From: a virus
Strand: one strand, 5' to 3'
IMG/VR virus record: IMGVR_UViG_3300031857_000091
Coordinates: 19,431 to 83,430 of that record
DNA: 64,000 nucleotides
Positions 1-8,638 of this stretch are shown here, piece after piece. Made by a program: the position numbers and the translations under genes. A model generated the notes under the pieces. The model saw nothing but the letters and a program-made list of their open reading frames with translations. It did not search any database and was not told where the DNA came from. Positions within the stretch are counted from its first letter, which is position 1. Each line of letters opens with the position of its first letter.

Positions 1-380
1 TGAGTAATTTTCTCTTTAGCCGGAAATAGTTTGTTTTTTTATTTAGCCTAAAAGTTTTGCTCCAGAGGGCGCGTGAGGCTCGAAAAAATGGATAAATGAA
101 TAATCCTATTAACTGGGTAGTAAAGTGTCTAGAATTTGACGCTAGAGGTCTCTGAGAGAATATTTGCTATTGAGTAGGGGTGTACCCAAACAGAAAAATA
201 TCAAGCCTAACTTGCTGTAGCAAAAATATGTTTAATTAATAAAACATTTAAAAAATTAGCAAAAAGCTTATCAGTTATGGATTGCAGTCATGTTAACAAT
301 TGTCCCTCGCACCGTATTACTTTAAAGTATACTTGTCCCTCGCGTCGTATTGCGTTAAATGTATAGATAGTTGTAATAAA
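1..380 (+). repeat. Long imperfect inverted repeat, copy A (may extend beyond window start)
   Basis: Ungapped reverse-complement match to 51429-51808 with about 40 mismatches in 380 bp. Contains two TTGTCCCTCGCRYCGTATT direct repeats. Confidence 0.95.
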
Positions 381-474
381 ATTTGTCTGGTAAAAATTGA
401 TTAAATTAATAAATTGCCAGACAATTTTTTTAAAAATTACTGTTAAGCTAAGAGACAAAATCAACATAATTTTA

Positions 475-1182
475 ATGAAGAATAAAACAAAGTTAAAAGA
501 CGGTGACCATGTCTGGGAAGAATGGGGAAGGGGGTATTACTTTGAAGATAATATATATCCCGGCATTAGTTCTATTTTGTCTAAGACTATGCCCGAATCA
601 AAGAAAAAGGCTTTAGCTAGTTGGAGAGCAAGAGTCGGAGATGCAGTCGCTGAAGAAATCTGTAATGAAGCTCGAAGCACTGGTACTCGGTGGCATAATT
701 TCCTAGATTCATTTGCCAAAAAAGACTATATTTCGGCACAAAGAATACTGTTTCCTGATACTGATGTGCAGGATTATTATGCTCAAGCTAAAGATTTTTT
801 GTTGAAATTTGCTTCAACAACATCAGATGTTTTAACGGAATTGCCTATATATAGCCATAAGCATGGTTATGCGGGTACTTTCGATTGCATGGTTACAGCT
901 GGTGGAAAAAAAATACTGCTTGACTGGAAAACGTCTATGAAAAAAAAGAAGCGGGAATGGATAGATGATTATTTTCTTCAAGTAGCAGCCTATGCTCATG
1001 CACTGAGAGAAACAAAGGGCATAGCTGTTGACCGAGCTTCTATAGTTATTTTCTACTCTTTTCAAGAGCCAGATATTTATAAGCTCAGCAAAGATGACCT
1101 TACTGAGCAATTTGAGATATTTAAAGAGCGGTTAAAGTTGTTCTATGAATTATTTCCGTCGTCAACGCCTATACTAAGCTAG
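475..1182 (+). CDS. PD-(D/E)XK (Cas4/RecB-like) phage exonuclease
   Basis: GTRWH, YAGTFDC, LLDWKTS and YFLQVAAYA motifs. Start taken at ATG 475. Confidence 0.85.
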   Translation: MKNKTKLKDGDHVWEEWGRGYYFEDNIYPGISSILSKTMPESKKKALASWRARVGDAVAEEICNEARSTGTRWHNFLDSFAKKDYISAQRILFPDTDVQDYYAQAKDFLLKFASTTSDVLTELPIYSHKHGYAGTFDCMVTAGGKKILLDWKTSMKKKKREWIDDYFLQVAAYAHALRETKGIAVDRASIVIFYSFQEPDIYKLSKDDLTEQFEIFKERLKLFYELFPSSTPILS

Positions 1183-3545
1183 GCAAAAATTGACGATCGC
1201 CCGTTAGAGCCATTGACATCATTCCGTCTATAGCGAGTCATTGAAACTGATTGTGTAGGTATTGCAGATAGAGAGAGAGTCATTTCATCAGGACAATAGT
1301 ATAACCCATCCTGTAGCTGTTTTAAGTTATAGGAAATGTTAGTAATAATATATTCTTGCCCGTCTACCGTACATTTAACCCCTTCCTTAAGAACTTTATA
1401 GTAACGGAAAAACATTACTCTAATTTGAGTTGTATGGACATCCATTGACTTTTTAATTAGAGAGTTTAAGGCAGCTTTTTTGCCATCATTAGGAGTCACT
1501 GCACCACTAAAACTAACTGAAGAATAAGGAACGGGACTATTAAAATCGCTTCCACTACTTGAGACTGCGGTGGGAGTGTTATTAGGCTCTTCGGATTCTT
1601 CTGGAATGCTTCTCAAAAAATATCTGTAAGTTCTATCTTCTGCATACCCACTGGGTAAATCTATACTTTCTCTATCAGGGTCAGGTAACTTGGTGTGCAC
1701 CGAAGGGCGGCCGCTGTACTGAGTGGAACTTCCAATCATAATTGAAGATGATGAATGATCGCCTTCAACAGAATGAGAATAATCTGTAGTGGTAAATAAT
1801 TCTGGAGTTTTTTTATCAGCTCCTACAGCTTGAGGGATTAGTATCTGTGTTTGACTGGAGTCTTTTCTCTCTTTATGGGCAATCAGTGGTGGGTAGGGAG
1901 ACCCAGGGTCATTTGGATCGTCTTTGGGATTCGGTTGTAATTCTTGTATATTAGAATAGGATGATGTGTTATAAACAAATTTATTAGGAGCACTATTTCT
2001 GGGTATTTCTATATCATCGTAATAATCTGCCATATCTGCCAATAAATACCCAGTCCTTTCAAAAATATTGTACCTAAATAATGGTGGAGAGCTAGTACTG
2101 TTTATATCTGGGAAAACAGGGTTATCGCCTGCATATTGAATTGGATTATAGAAAGTATAGGCATTATATTCTCTGGCTTTAGCTTTCCATTCCGGAGGCG
2201 GTCCATTTTCTGTATTGGTGGTAGTAGTAGTAGTCGCTGAATTGTAAAAAGTATCAATCCACAGATTAGCAGCTTCGTAGTCTCCCGATTCTCTTTTTAA
2301 TCTTCCTAGTTTCCATCCAGTTTTTCTGGAGCTAGTTAAATAGCCGTCTGAGTCATAGTAATACAAAGTAGTTGTTTGTTCGACCTGTTTCCAATAATTA
2401 GAAACAGATCCTACTGCGAAAGAATTAAAGTTTAAGGGCCATTTCCCCCCATTTTCTACCATTTCGTCGTAGGCTGCACCGTTTTCGGGAAGAGTAAACA
2501 GTTGAGAAGATACAAAAACATATCCCCAGATTTGTTCCTGTACTTCTAAGGGGTTTCCGTCTTTTTCTTTTATTATTCTTGCGGTTTTAGTTCTGCCTCC
2601 ATTGTCAAACACATTGCCAGGGTCTTTGAGGTCATCAGCATAATTACTGAGTAATATTATTCCTTCTGACCCGCCGGGATGCTGTAAACTTGCAAAGCTT
2701 GTGCAATTTTCATATTCATATCTAGTGGTAACTTCTCCTTCGTTTGAACTTTCCCCAGAAATGTCTTCTAGCTCTAGCTCGGTATTTTGATAGATGGGAA
2801 TCTCTTTTACTGATACTTGCATGGTTTCATCAAGAATATAAATTCTATCTATTTCAATAGAACCTATTCCCGTAACCAAAGAAACTCCTCTAATTGTAGG
2901 CTCTGAATACATTAGACATTGATTGTCACTTAGTAACAAGGCTGCTTCTAATTCTGACCGAGGAGTTATTATTACTTCGGAGTCAGGAGCAAAATATTTT
3001 GTATAAGCCGATTCTCCGATAGAGATTGGAGTAGATAGCCTTGATTGAACGCTTCTCCAAGTTATTCTAGTAGTTTCAGAAGAAAATCTAATGGGTATAT
3101 CTAATTCATGCAATGGAGTTTCTGCCCCTCTCGGTGCGTGCTCTCCCGTTAATGAAAGAGTGACTGAATAGGCAGTTTCAACAGTCGATATATATTGAGT
3201 AATGGTGTAGCTAGAAATAATAAAGTTTATCTCCATTAATCTAACTGGGCTACCAATGGTAACAGATGGAGCATCGTAACTATAAAAAGTAGCTGTAGCT
3301 GAAGGGTGCTGATCTAACCCTCTACTAATTTGGATGTCGGTAAAGTCATAATCTCCTACTTCGTCTAGCTCTTTAACTTCTCGTAAAAGTAAAGCCGTGT
3401 TGTCAAAGTTTCCTGTAGGGACTGTAGCGATCGCCCCACCATTAAACTCAGGCTGTATTGTTATTAAAGCTCCTCCATAAGTTTCCGTCTCTGTTATAGT
3501 CTCTGGAGAAATATTTAAGGTACTGAAATCAATTATGGATGCCAT
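1179..3545 (-). CDS. Putative tail/baseplate hub-like structural protein
   Basis: 788-aa ORF, S/T/acidic-rich, with phage tail-like N- and C-terminal segments. Function inferred. Confidence 0.5.
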   Translation of the reverse strand: MASIIDFSTLNISPETITETETYGGALITIQPEFNGGAIATVPTGNFDNTALLLREVKELDEVGDYDFTDIQISRGLDQHPSATATFYSYDAPSVTIGSPVRLMEINFIISSYTITQYISTVETAYSVTLSLTGEHAPRGAETPLHELDIPIRFSSETTRITWRSVQSRLSTPISIGESAYTKYFAPDSEVIITPRSELEAALLLSDNQCLMYSEPTIRGVSLVTGIGSIEIDRIYILDETMQVSVKEIPIYQNTELELEDISGESSNEGEVTTRYEYENCTSFASLQHPGGSEGIILLSNYADDLKDPGNVFDNGGRTKTARIIKEKDGNPLEVQEQIWGYVFVSSQLFTLPENGAAYDEMVENGGKWPLNFNSFAVGSVSNYWKQVEQTTTLYYYDSDGYLTSSRKTGWKLGRLKRESGDYEAANLWIDTFYNSATTTTTTNTENGPPPEWKAKAREYNAYTFYNPIQYAGDNPVFPDINSTSSPPLFRYNIFERTGYLLADMADYYDDIEIPRNSAPNKFVYNTSSYSNIQELQPNPKDDPNDPGSPYPPLIAHKERKDSSQTQILIPQAVGADKKTPELFTTTDYSHSVEGDHSSSSIMIGSSTQYSGRPSVHTKLPDPDRESIDLPSGYAEDRTYRYFLRSIPEESEEPNNTPTAVSSSGSDFNSPVPYSSVSFSGAVTPNDGKKAALNSLIKKSMDVHTTQIRVMFFRYYKVLKEGVKCTVDGQEYIITNISYNLKQLQDGLYYCPDEMTLSLSAIPTQSVSMTRYRRNDVNGSNGRSSIFA

Positions 3546-3935
3546 CTACAGATTATATCTCCGAGTAACTTCAATTAGTTTAACTGTTGTCCCTTTGCTC
3601 AATGATTGATTTCCAATTCTTGCGCTACTACCTACTTGCTTAAGGTCAGCAATATACATTTGCCTAATAGTCATATCGCCATCATCTGGATTAATATAAT
3701 CTTCTACGGTTAATCCAAGAGGAAATTGGTTTTCACTCATAGCCAGTAATCGAGTATAGATTGTCCTGCGACCATCATTAACGGTTATCTCGCAACCAAA
3801 TCTTTTTGGAAGTTTTAAGACTTGTACACTGCTACTCCCTGTAAATTGAATTTCTTCCCCTTCCCATATCTGGTTATAACCTCCTAACCATGGGATTAAT
3901 TCTACATCTTCAACGACTATTTTATTAAAACTCAT
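3546..3935 (-). CDS. Hypothetical protein, possibly distal tail component
   Basis: 129-aa ORF abutting the downstream tail-like gene. Confidence 0.45.
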   Translation of the reverse strand: MSFNKIVVEDVELIPWLGGYNQIWEGEEIQFTGSSSVQVLKLPKRFGCEITVNDGRRTIYTRLLAMSENQFPLGLTVEDYINPDDGDMTIRQMYIADLKQVGSSARIGNQSLSKGTTVKLIEVTRRYNL

Positions 3936-4016
3936 TTTAGTTAATTTTTAAGATTAGAAAATTAAAGTATTATTTATCATGTTGACTTATTTAAACACAA
4001 ACAATAAACAAAAAAT

Positions 4017-5204
4017 ATGGAAAACGCTTTTTTATTTGCAATACAGTGCGAGAAAAATGTTTTAATGGACGCGGTTAAATTTGCTAGTGGGTTTATTGCT
4101 GCTAGACCTAGTCATCCTATCTTAGGGGGAATGCTATTTAAGGCTCAAGATGAATTCTTAGAAATAGAATCAACGAATTTAGACCAGGGTTGCAAAATTA
4201 AAATACCTTGCACCACTACAATCAAGGGGGGAGTCGTTTTACCAGGAAAACAGTTAAACTCTCTACTTAATAATCTAGTGGGAGATACTATTAGTATCTA
4301 TTTAACTGAAGTAAATACTAAACAAGGCATAGTATCTAATAATGATTATATAGCAGTTATCCGTTGTGGTCAGCAAGAAGCAGCATTAGTAACTAGTTCT
4401 ATCAATGAATATCCTGAGATTAACTATAGTGGAGAATCAAAATTAGAGATAGATGCCCAGTTATTTAGCTCTTCTATCCTAAAAACAATTCACTGTACTT
4501 CGTCAGATTCATCCAAGATGGTGCTATGTGGAATCAACATAGCATCTTCTCCACGCGGGTTAACTTTTTCTGCAACCAATGGACATTATCTGGCTACAGC
4601 AACTATCCCCGGTCATTACGAGCAGGGTATTAGCTTAACTGTTCCAGGTGTGTTTTTGTCTAGGGTGCAAAAATTGTTGAAAACTGCTGAAACATTGACT
4701 TTTGCTATTAAGGAGAATGATTTAATTGCTGAGTTAACTACTAATCTAGGTAAAGGAGGTATTGTCGATATTGCATTATACTCTAGACTGCTGAATGGGA
4801 ATTTCCCACAATGTGAGAAGCTAGTTCCAGCTACTTTTAAAAGAGAAGTTTTATTCTCTAAAGAACAGTTAGCCCAAGCTCTAAATTTAATTGGCTGTTG
4901 CGATAGCGATGATTCACGCACAGAATATACTTGCTCGTTTGAGATACAGGATGAACAGACAAAAATCACTAAGTCTGGCTCTTCGGTTTTAAATGTTTGT
5001 CAATTAACAAGCTCAACACTGTTAGTGGGAAATGGTTTAACTATTGGGTTCAATTACCTTTATTTTAAGAATCATCTATCGGCTTTATCTAGCGATGACG
5101 TGGTACTGAAGTTTAACAATGAGCGTAGCCCTGTGATTATGCAAGGGCAAGATGAAGCTCTAGATTCCACTCTTTTAATTATGCCAGTGCAGTTAAAATC
5201 ATGA
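4017..5204 (+). CDS. dnaN: DNA polymerase III beta sliding clamp
   Basis: RPSHPILGG, ATNGHYLA, RLLNGNFP, IGFNYLY and C-terminal LIMPVQL motifs; 395 aa. Confidence 0.93.
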   Translation: MENAFLFAIQCEKNVLMDAVKFASGFIAARPSHPILGGMLFKAQDEFLEIESTNLDQGCKIKIPCTTTIKGGVVLPGKQLNSLLNNLVGDTISIYLTEVNTKQGIVSNNDYIAVIRCGQQEAALVTSSINEYPEINYSGESKLEIDAQLFSSSILKTIHCTSSDSSKMVLCGINIASSPRGLTFSATNGHYLATATIPGHYEQGISLTVPGVFLSRVQKLLKTAETLTFAIKENDLIAELTTNLGKGGIVDIALYSRLLNGNFPQCEKLVPATFKREVLFSKEQLAQALNLIGCCDSDDSRTEYTCSFEIQDEQTKITKSGSSVLNVCQLTSSTLLVGNGLTIGFNYLYFKNHLSALSSDDVVLKFNNERSPVIMQGQDEALDSTLLIMPVQLKS

Positions 5205-5494
5205 ACACTAGTGACTTACTTAATTGCAATTTAGCGATCGCTGTTCCATTGGCAACAAAGGAATACAAGCAATTCCCGGAAAAATGGGAGGCTGATAGGG
5301 AATTAATTGTTAGTTATGCTGATGTTTTTGCACATCAAGGTGATGAGTTGTTATTTTACCAAAAAGGGGTAAGCGGTCAACTATTTGTAAAATTAGCCAG
5401 AGCCTTGGCATGGGCATCTTTTTTGCCTGGTGGAGTTAGATTTAATGGTGTGCTATACGAGGCTAATTTAACTAACATGAACAAATCTCTGTAA
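5201..5494 (+). CDS. Hypothetical phage protein
   Basis: ATGA overlap with dnaN; 97 aa. Confidence 0.6.
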   Translation: MNTSDLLNCNLAIAVPLATKEYKQFPEKWEADRELIVSYADVFAHQGDELLFYQKGVSGQLFVKLARALAWASFLPGGVRFNGVLYEANLTNMNKSL

Positions 5495-5762
5495 TCAATT
5501 CCACGTGCTCTGGTGTCAATTTAAACCATTCCCCACTAGGGCTGCACCGATGAAACATTAATAATCGATGCAGTCTTTTTTCTATGGCATGGGCATTAGC
5601 TACAGGAAAAACTTTAATTAGATGTAGCCTAGCATTATTCCCTGTTTGTAGTTGCTTTACTCTCTTCAATGGGTTGTCAGAGATACCAATTTTGTAGATA
5701 GCTTCTGTGTTTTTCTGGATTAAATAAATATATTGAGGTTTAATCTCTGTTTGTTTTTTCAT
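5472..5762 (-). CDS. GIY-YIG (T5orf172/MUG113-like) nuclease domain protein
   Basis: YIYLI, YKIGISDNPLKRVKQLQTGN, IEKRLH and GEWF motifs. Confidence 0.85.
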   Translation of the reverse strand: MKKQTEIKPQYIYLIQKNTEAIYKIGISDNPLKRVKQLQTGNNARLHLIKVFPVANAHAIEKRLHRLLMFHRCSPSGEWFKLTPEHVELITEICSC

Positions 5763-5789
5763 AAAATTGACATGGTATTATAAGTAAAT

Positions 5790-5819
5790 ACCCCTCGCGG
5801 TGAGCAAACACCCAGGGGT
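5790..5819 (+). promoter_or_regulatory. Hairpin 5' leader (CCCCTCGCGGTG-N6-CACCCAGGGG), type B copy 1
   Basis: Near-identical to 8578-8605; follows a TG-n-TATTAT -10 box. Confidence 0.65.
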
Positions 5820-5848
5820 CATACATACTCATTAGCAAGTAATGCACT

Positions 5849-6157
5849 ATGACAAATTTAGCACAGAATACCCAGGAGATTTGGCGCAAGATTATCGATC
5901 ATTTAGAGCCACTTACAACTAGAGAGTTGTTAAAATATCAATGCACATTAATTGAGTTTGACGGTGAAAGCGCTCGTATTGGGATTAGTTCTGAAAACCT
6001 ATTGAAACTAGTTCAAGGGAAACTGACTAATTTACAAGCAGCTTTTACCACTACTTTTCAACGTCAAATCAAAGTAACTCTAGAAGTAGCACCCATTGGG
6101 TTTGAAAAGAAAAATAACCTTCCTCCCCCCTTACCTTCTTCTGTAGCAACTGATTAA
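5849..6157 (+). CDS. Stand-alone DnaX (tau) C-terminal-like / DnaA-N-like domain protein
   Basis: IWRKIIDHLEP..TRELLKYQCTLIEFDGESARIGISS..LQAAF..IKVTLEV resembles the C-terminal domain of cyanobacterial DnaX. Confidence 0.65.
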   Translation: MTNLAQNTQEIWRKIIDHLEPLTTRELLKYQCTLIEFDGESARIGISSENLLKLVQGKLTNLQAAFTTTFQRQIKVTLEVAPIGFEKKNNLPPPLPSSVATD

Positions 6158-6161
6158 AGTA

Positions 6162-6300
6162 TTGAAACACCTAGACTTATTCTCGGGAATCGGTGGCTTT
6201 AGTCGAGCTGCTGATTTTCTTGATTAGAAACCCCAGGATGTAAATACTCCACAACAAGCTTATGTGGCGCTAAAAGTTTTAGACTTTTGGTTAAAGTGTG
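6162..6300 (+). pseudogene. Internally deleted C5 cytosine DNA methyltransferase remnant
   Basis: LKHLDLFSGIGGFSRAADFLD* (motif I), followed by TPQQAYVALK resembling the motif X end. Confidence 0.65.
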
Positions 6301-6323
6301 TTTTAAAAAATCTCAAAAAGTAC

Positions 6324-6362
6324 TTGACATTTTTAAAAGTGTCTGTTAACTTAGAGAAGTAA
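6324..6362 (+). promoter_or_regulatory. Sigma70-type promoter with palindromic operator (P1)
   Basis: TTGACA-17-TAACTT; GACATTTTTAAAAGTGTC palindrome; motif shared with four other sites. Confidence 0.8.
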
Positions 6363-6384
6363 GCAAAACAAAGGAAAATAAGCC

Positions 6385-7104
6385 ATGGAATGTATTCAAA
6401 TTATTGTCAAAATCGAGTCACAAGAAATCGTAAAACTTTTAAAAGAGAAAGGAAATGAGCTTGACAATCTTATTTCTTTGCATGGGCAGTACGCAACTTT
6501 CGCGGGAGATTCCACTTTTTCTTGGAAATGGTTAGCTGATAACCTTCTCTTCATGAACGATTGGTATGATGCTGATTGCATCGAATTTCGTGAAGATAAT
6601 GCTCTTATTGTAGCTGCTTTATGGCAGCATGATGGCGAAGAAGGTATTACCAAGTGGTATGCCTGCAATGGATGTAGCGACGATTTTATCGTTGACAACG
6701 AGTTTATTAGTAAAGTCATTGCAAAGATTTGGATTGAAGAAACGGATATAACTTATTTTAACTTTGACAGAACAAAATGGCTTAACGCGCGTGCTCAAAA
6801 AGCTAAGCCAGTTTCTAATAAAATTGATGTCCCTTCACGGGAACAAATTACAAGAGATTGGCTGGTGTCATTGACTATTGCTGACTGGCAAGATTTGCTA
6901 AAGCAGCAAGTTGTCAAAACTAAGATACTAGATGACTGGGAAAATCCTATATTTAAAAAACTCCAGCTTGAGTATAAAGGATTATCTTATGAGTTTCCTA
7001 AATTGGCTTTACAAGCCATTGAAGAAGGTAAAGGATGGATTGGAGTTGAAGCTATCAAAGCCAAGCCCGTTCTCAGAGCAAAACCAGTATTAAATAAAAA
7101 ATAG
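6385..7104 (+). CDS. Hypothetical (early) protein
   Basis: 239-aa ORF with RBS, downstream of P1. Confidence 0.7.
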   Translation: MECIQIIVKIESQEIVKLLKEKGNELDNLISLHGQYATFAGDSTFSWKWLADNLLFMNDWYDADCIEFREDNALIVAALWQHDGEEGITKWYACNGCSDDFIVDNEFISKVIAKIWIEETDITYFNFDRTKWLNARAQKAKPVSNKIDVPSREQITRDWLVSLTIADWQDLLKQQVVKTKILDDWENPIFKKLQLEYKGLSYEFPKLALQAIEEGKGWIGVEAIKAKPVLRAKPVLNKK

Positions 7105-7114
7105 GAGAATAGAT

Positions 7115-7354
7115 ATGTTTGAGAATTTGTTGATTTGGTTTGACGTCATTAGAGGGGCACGTCCCCGCCGTCATTTATGGCAGGCTCTTAGTAATTTCAC
7201 CGAGAACAATGTTAGCTCACCATGGGCAAAAACTTTTAAAAGATATATCGATGATACCTATGTTTATTACGGGGAAAGCGATATTTCTTATCGAGAATGG
7301 TTAGGGAGACATTTTTGGGCAGAATTAAATCTTGATGATTTTGAAGAGATTTAA
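7115..7354 (+). CDS. Hypothetical protein
   Basis: GGAG RBS; 79 aa. Confidence 0.65.
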   Translation: MFENLLIWFDVIRGARPRRHLWQALSNFTENNVSSPWAKTFKRYIDDTYVYYGESDISYREWLGRHFWAELNLDDFEEI

Positions 7355-7371
7355 TTTACTGCTTCAAGAAT

Positions 7372-7409
7372 AAAAAGCACTTAAGTTTGTTACAGCTTAA
7401 GTGCTTTTT
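7372..7409 (+). terminator. Bidirectional intrinsic terminator
   Basis: AAAAAGCACTTAAG-loop-CTTAAGTGCTTTTT. Confidence 0.75.
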
Positions 7410-7587
7410 ATATTGGATAAAATAAATAATAGTTACTAATATAGGTTAAACATGATTATTTTATACTGCTTAAGTTTTTTGGGGATATTCTTTTTATTAC
7501 TATTGTGGCGGACTGGATTATTGAATATTTTTTTTATTGCCTTTATCTGCCAATTTGAAAACCTATTGACAAAATAAGTAAGATTAA

Positions 7588-7830
7588 TTATTCTCCTAAA
7601 GAAAAATTGTTAATTAAAAAAGCGGTAGAAATGCGATAAAGTTGATTATTTAACCGTCTGAGATAAGAATAATCACCGTCACATTCAGTCAAGAAAAAAG
7701 TTTCGTAAACAGAAGAATCAAAATAATCAGGATAATTGCTGTAGTAAGAAAAAATATTACAGTCAGATAATACTAATGCTCCTTGACATTTGACCTTTTG
7801 CCCTATCAACATTTCGACGTTGTACAACAT
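7588..7830 (-). CDS. Hypothetical protein
   Basis: 80-aa ORF coupled to the PEP-CTERM gene. Confidence 0.45.
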   Translation of the reverse strand: MLYNVEMLIGQKVKCQGALVLSDCNIFSYYSNYPDYFDSSVYETFFLTECDGDYSYLRRLNNQLYRISTAFLINNFSLGE

Positions 7831-8465
7831 TATTTAGTTTTGAGGGATTTGTTGATTGACTTTGATAAAAATAAGCCAGTGATTCCTAAAATAGATGAGA
7901 TAACAGTGGTAGGCTCTGGAACAGTTGTAGGCTCAAATTCTACAGGAGAGCTTGCTATCCCACTTAGAGAAAAGCTTTGATTATTTGGTATCCCTTGAGC
8001 AGAGATACTGACTTGCCCAGGTAATATATAAGTGCCGTTAGAAACAGGAACGCGCCACTGTCCATTAAATGTTGCCCCAGTAAACCGCTGAGCACCGGAC
8101 CTAAAGTTACTGCCATCTTCGCCAGGATTGTTTGGATAAAAAATAATTTTATTTGTAATTAAAGGGCTAGGAGCAGTAGGTTGCCCATTTCCAATAGTTC
8201 CTAGTGGAGAAAGATTAATAGGTTGAATATCAACAGGTCCATTAAGCCCTAAATTTGGTAACGGATTCCCATCAGTATCTATTCCCCCAGAGAAAAAGGT
8301 AGATGTTAGGATTGCTGAATTGTTGGCAAATTTTAATTGTGTATTGCTTAAGCTTGCATCTCCGGCAATAGTAATGCGACCAACCGTGGCAGCAGATGCC
8401 ATAGCAAAACTAAGATTAGCAACAGCCCCAGTCAGTAACGCAGTTAATTTAAGAATATTTTTCAT
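7830..8465 (-). CDS. PEP-CTERM sorting-domain surface protein
   Basis: Signal peptide (..ASAA); C-terminal VPEPTT, TM helix and basic tail. Confidence 0.85.
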   Translation of the reverse strand: MKNILKLTALLTGAVANLSFAMASAATVGRITIAGDASLSNTQLKFANNSAILTSTFFSGGIDTDGNPLPNLGLNGPVDIQPINLSPLGTIGNGQPTAPSPLITNKIIFYPNNPGEDGSNFRSGAQRFTGATFNGQWRVPVSNGTYILPGQVSISAQGIPNNQSFSLSGIASSPVEFEPTTVPEPTTVISSILGITGLFLSKSINKSLKTK

Positions 8466-8577
8466 TAGCTTTAATTTTAAAAATATATCTCATTTAAAAT
8501 TTAACATATTTTTTAATACGCTACCTTGATTAACTCTTTTTTTGTTTACAGAATAACGTACAATGGCAATAGAAACA

Positions 8578-8605
8578 CCCCTCGCGGTGCGCAAACACCC
8601 AGGGG
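8578..8605 (+). promoter_or_regulatory. Hairpin 5' leader, type B copy 2
   Basis: Matches 5790-5819; lies upstream of the BRO-N gene. Confidence 0.65.
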
Positions 8606-8638
8606 CAGTCAACCTACTTCACAGACAAGAGGTTAACA

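Noticed and set aside
475-1182. Cas4-like nuclease as part of the CRISPR system
   Set aside because: It lacks the Cas4 Fe-S cysteine cluster, lies 52 kb from the cas genes, and belongs to a common stand-alone phage exonuclease type.
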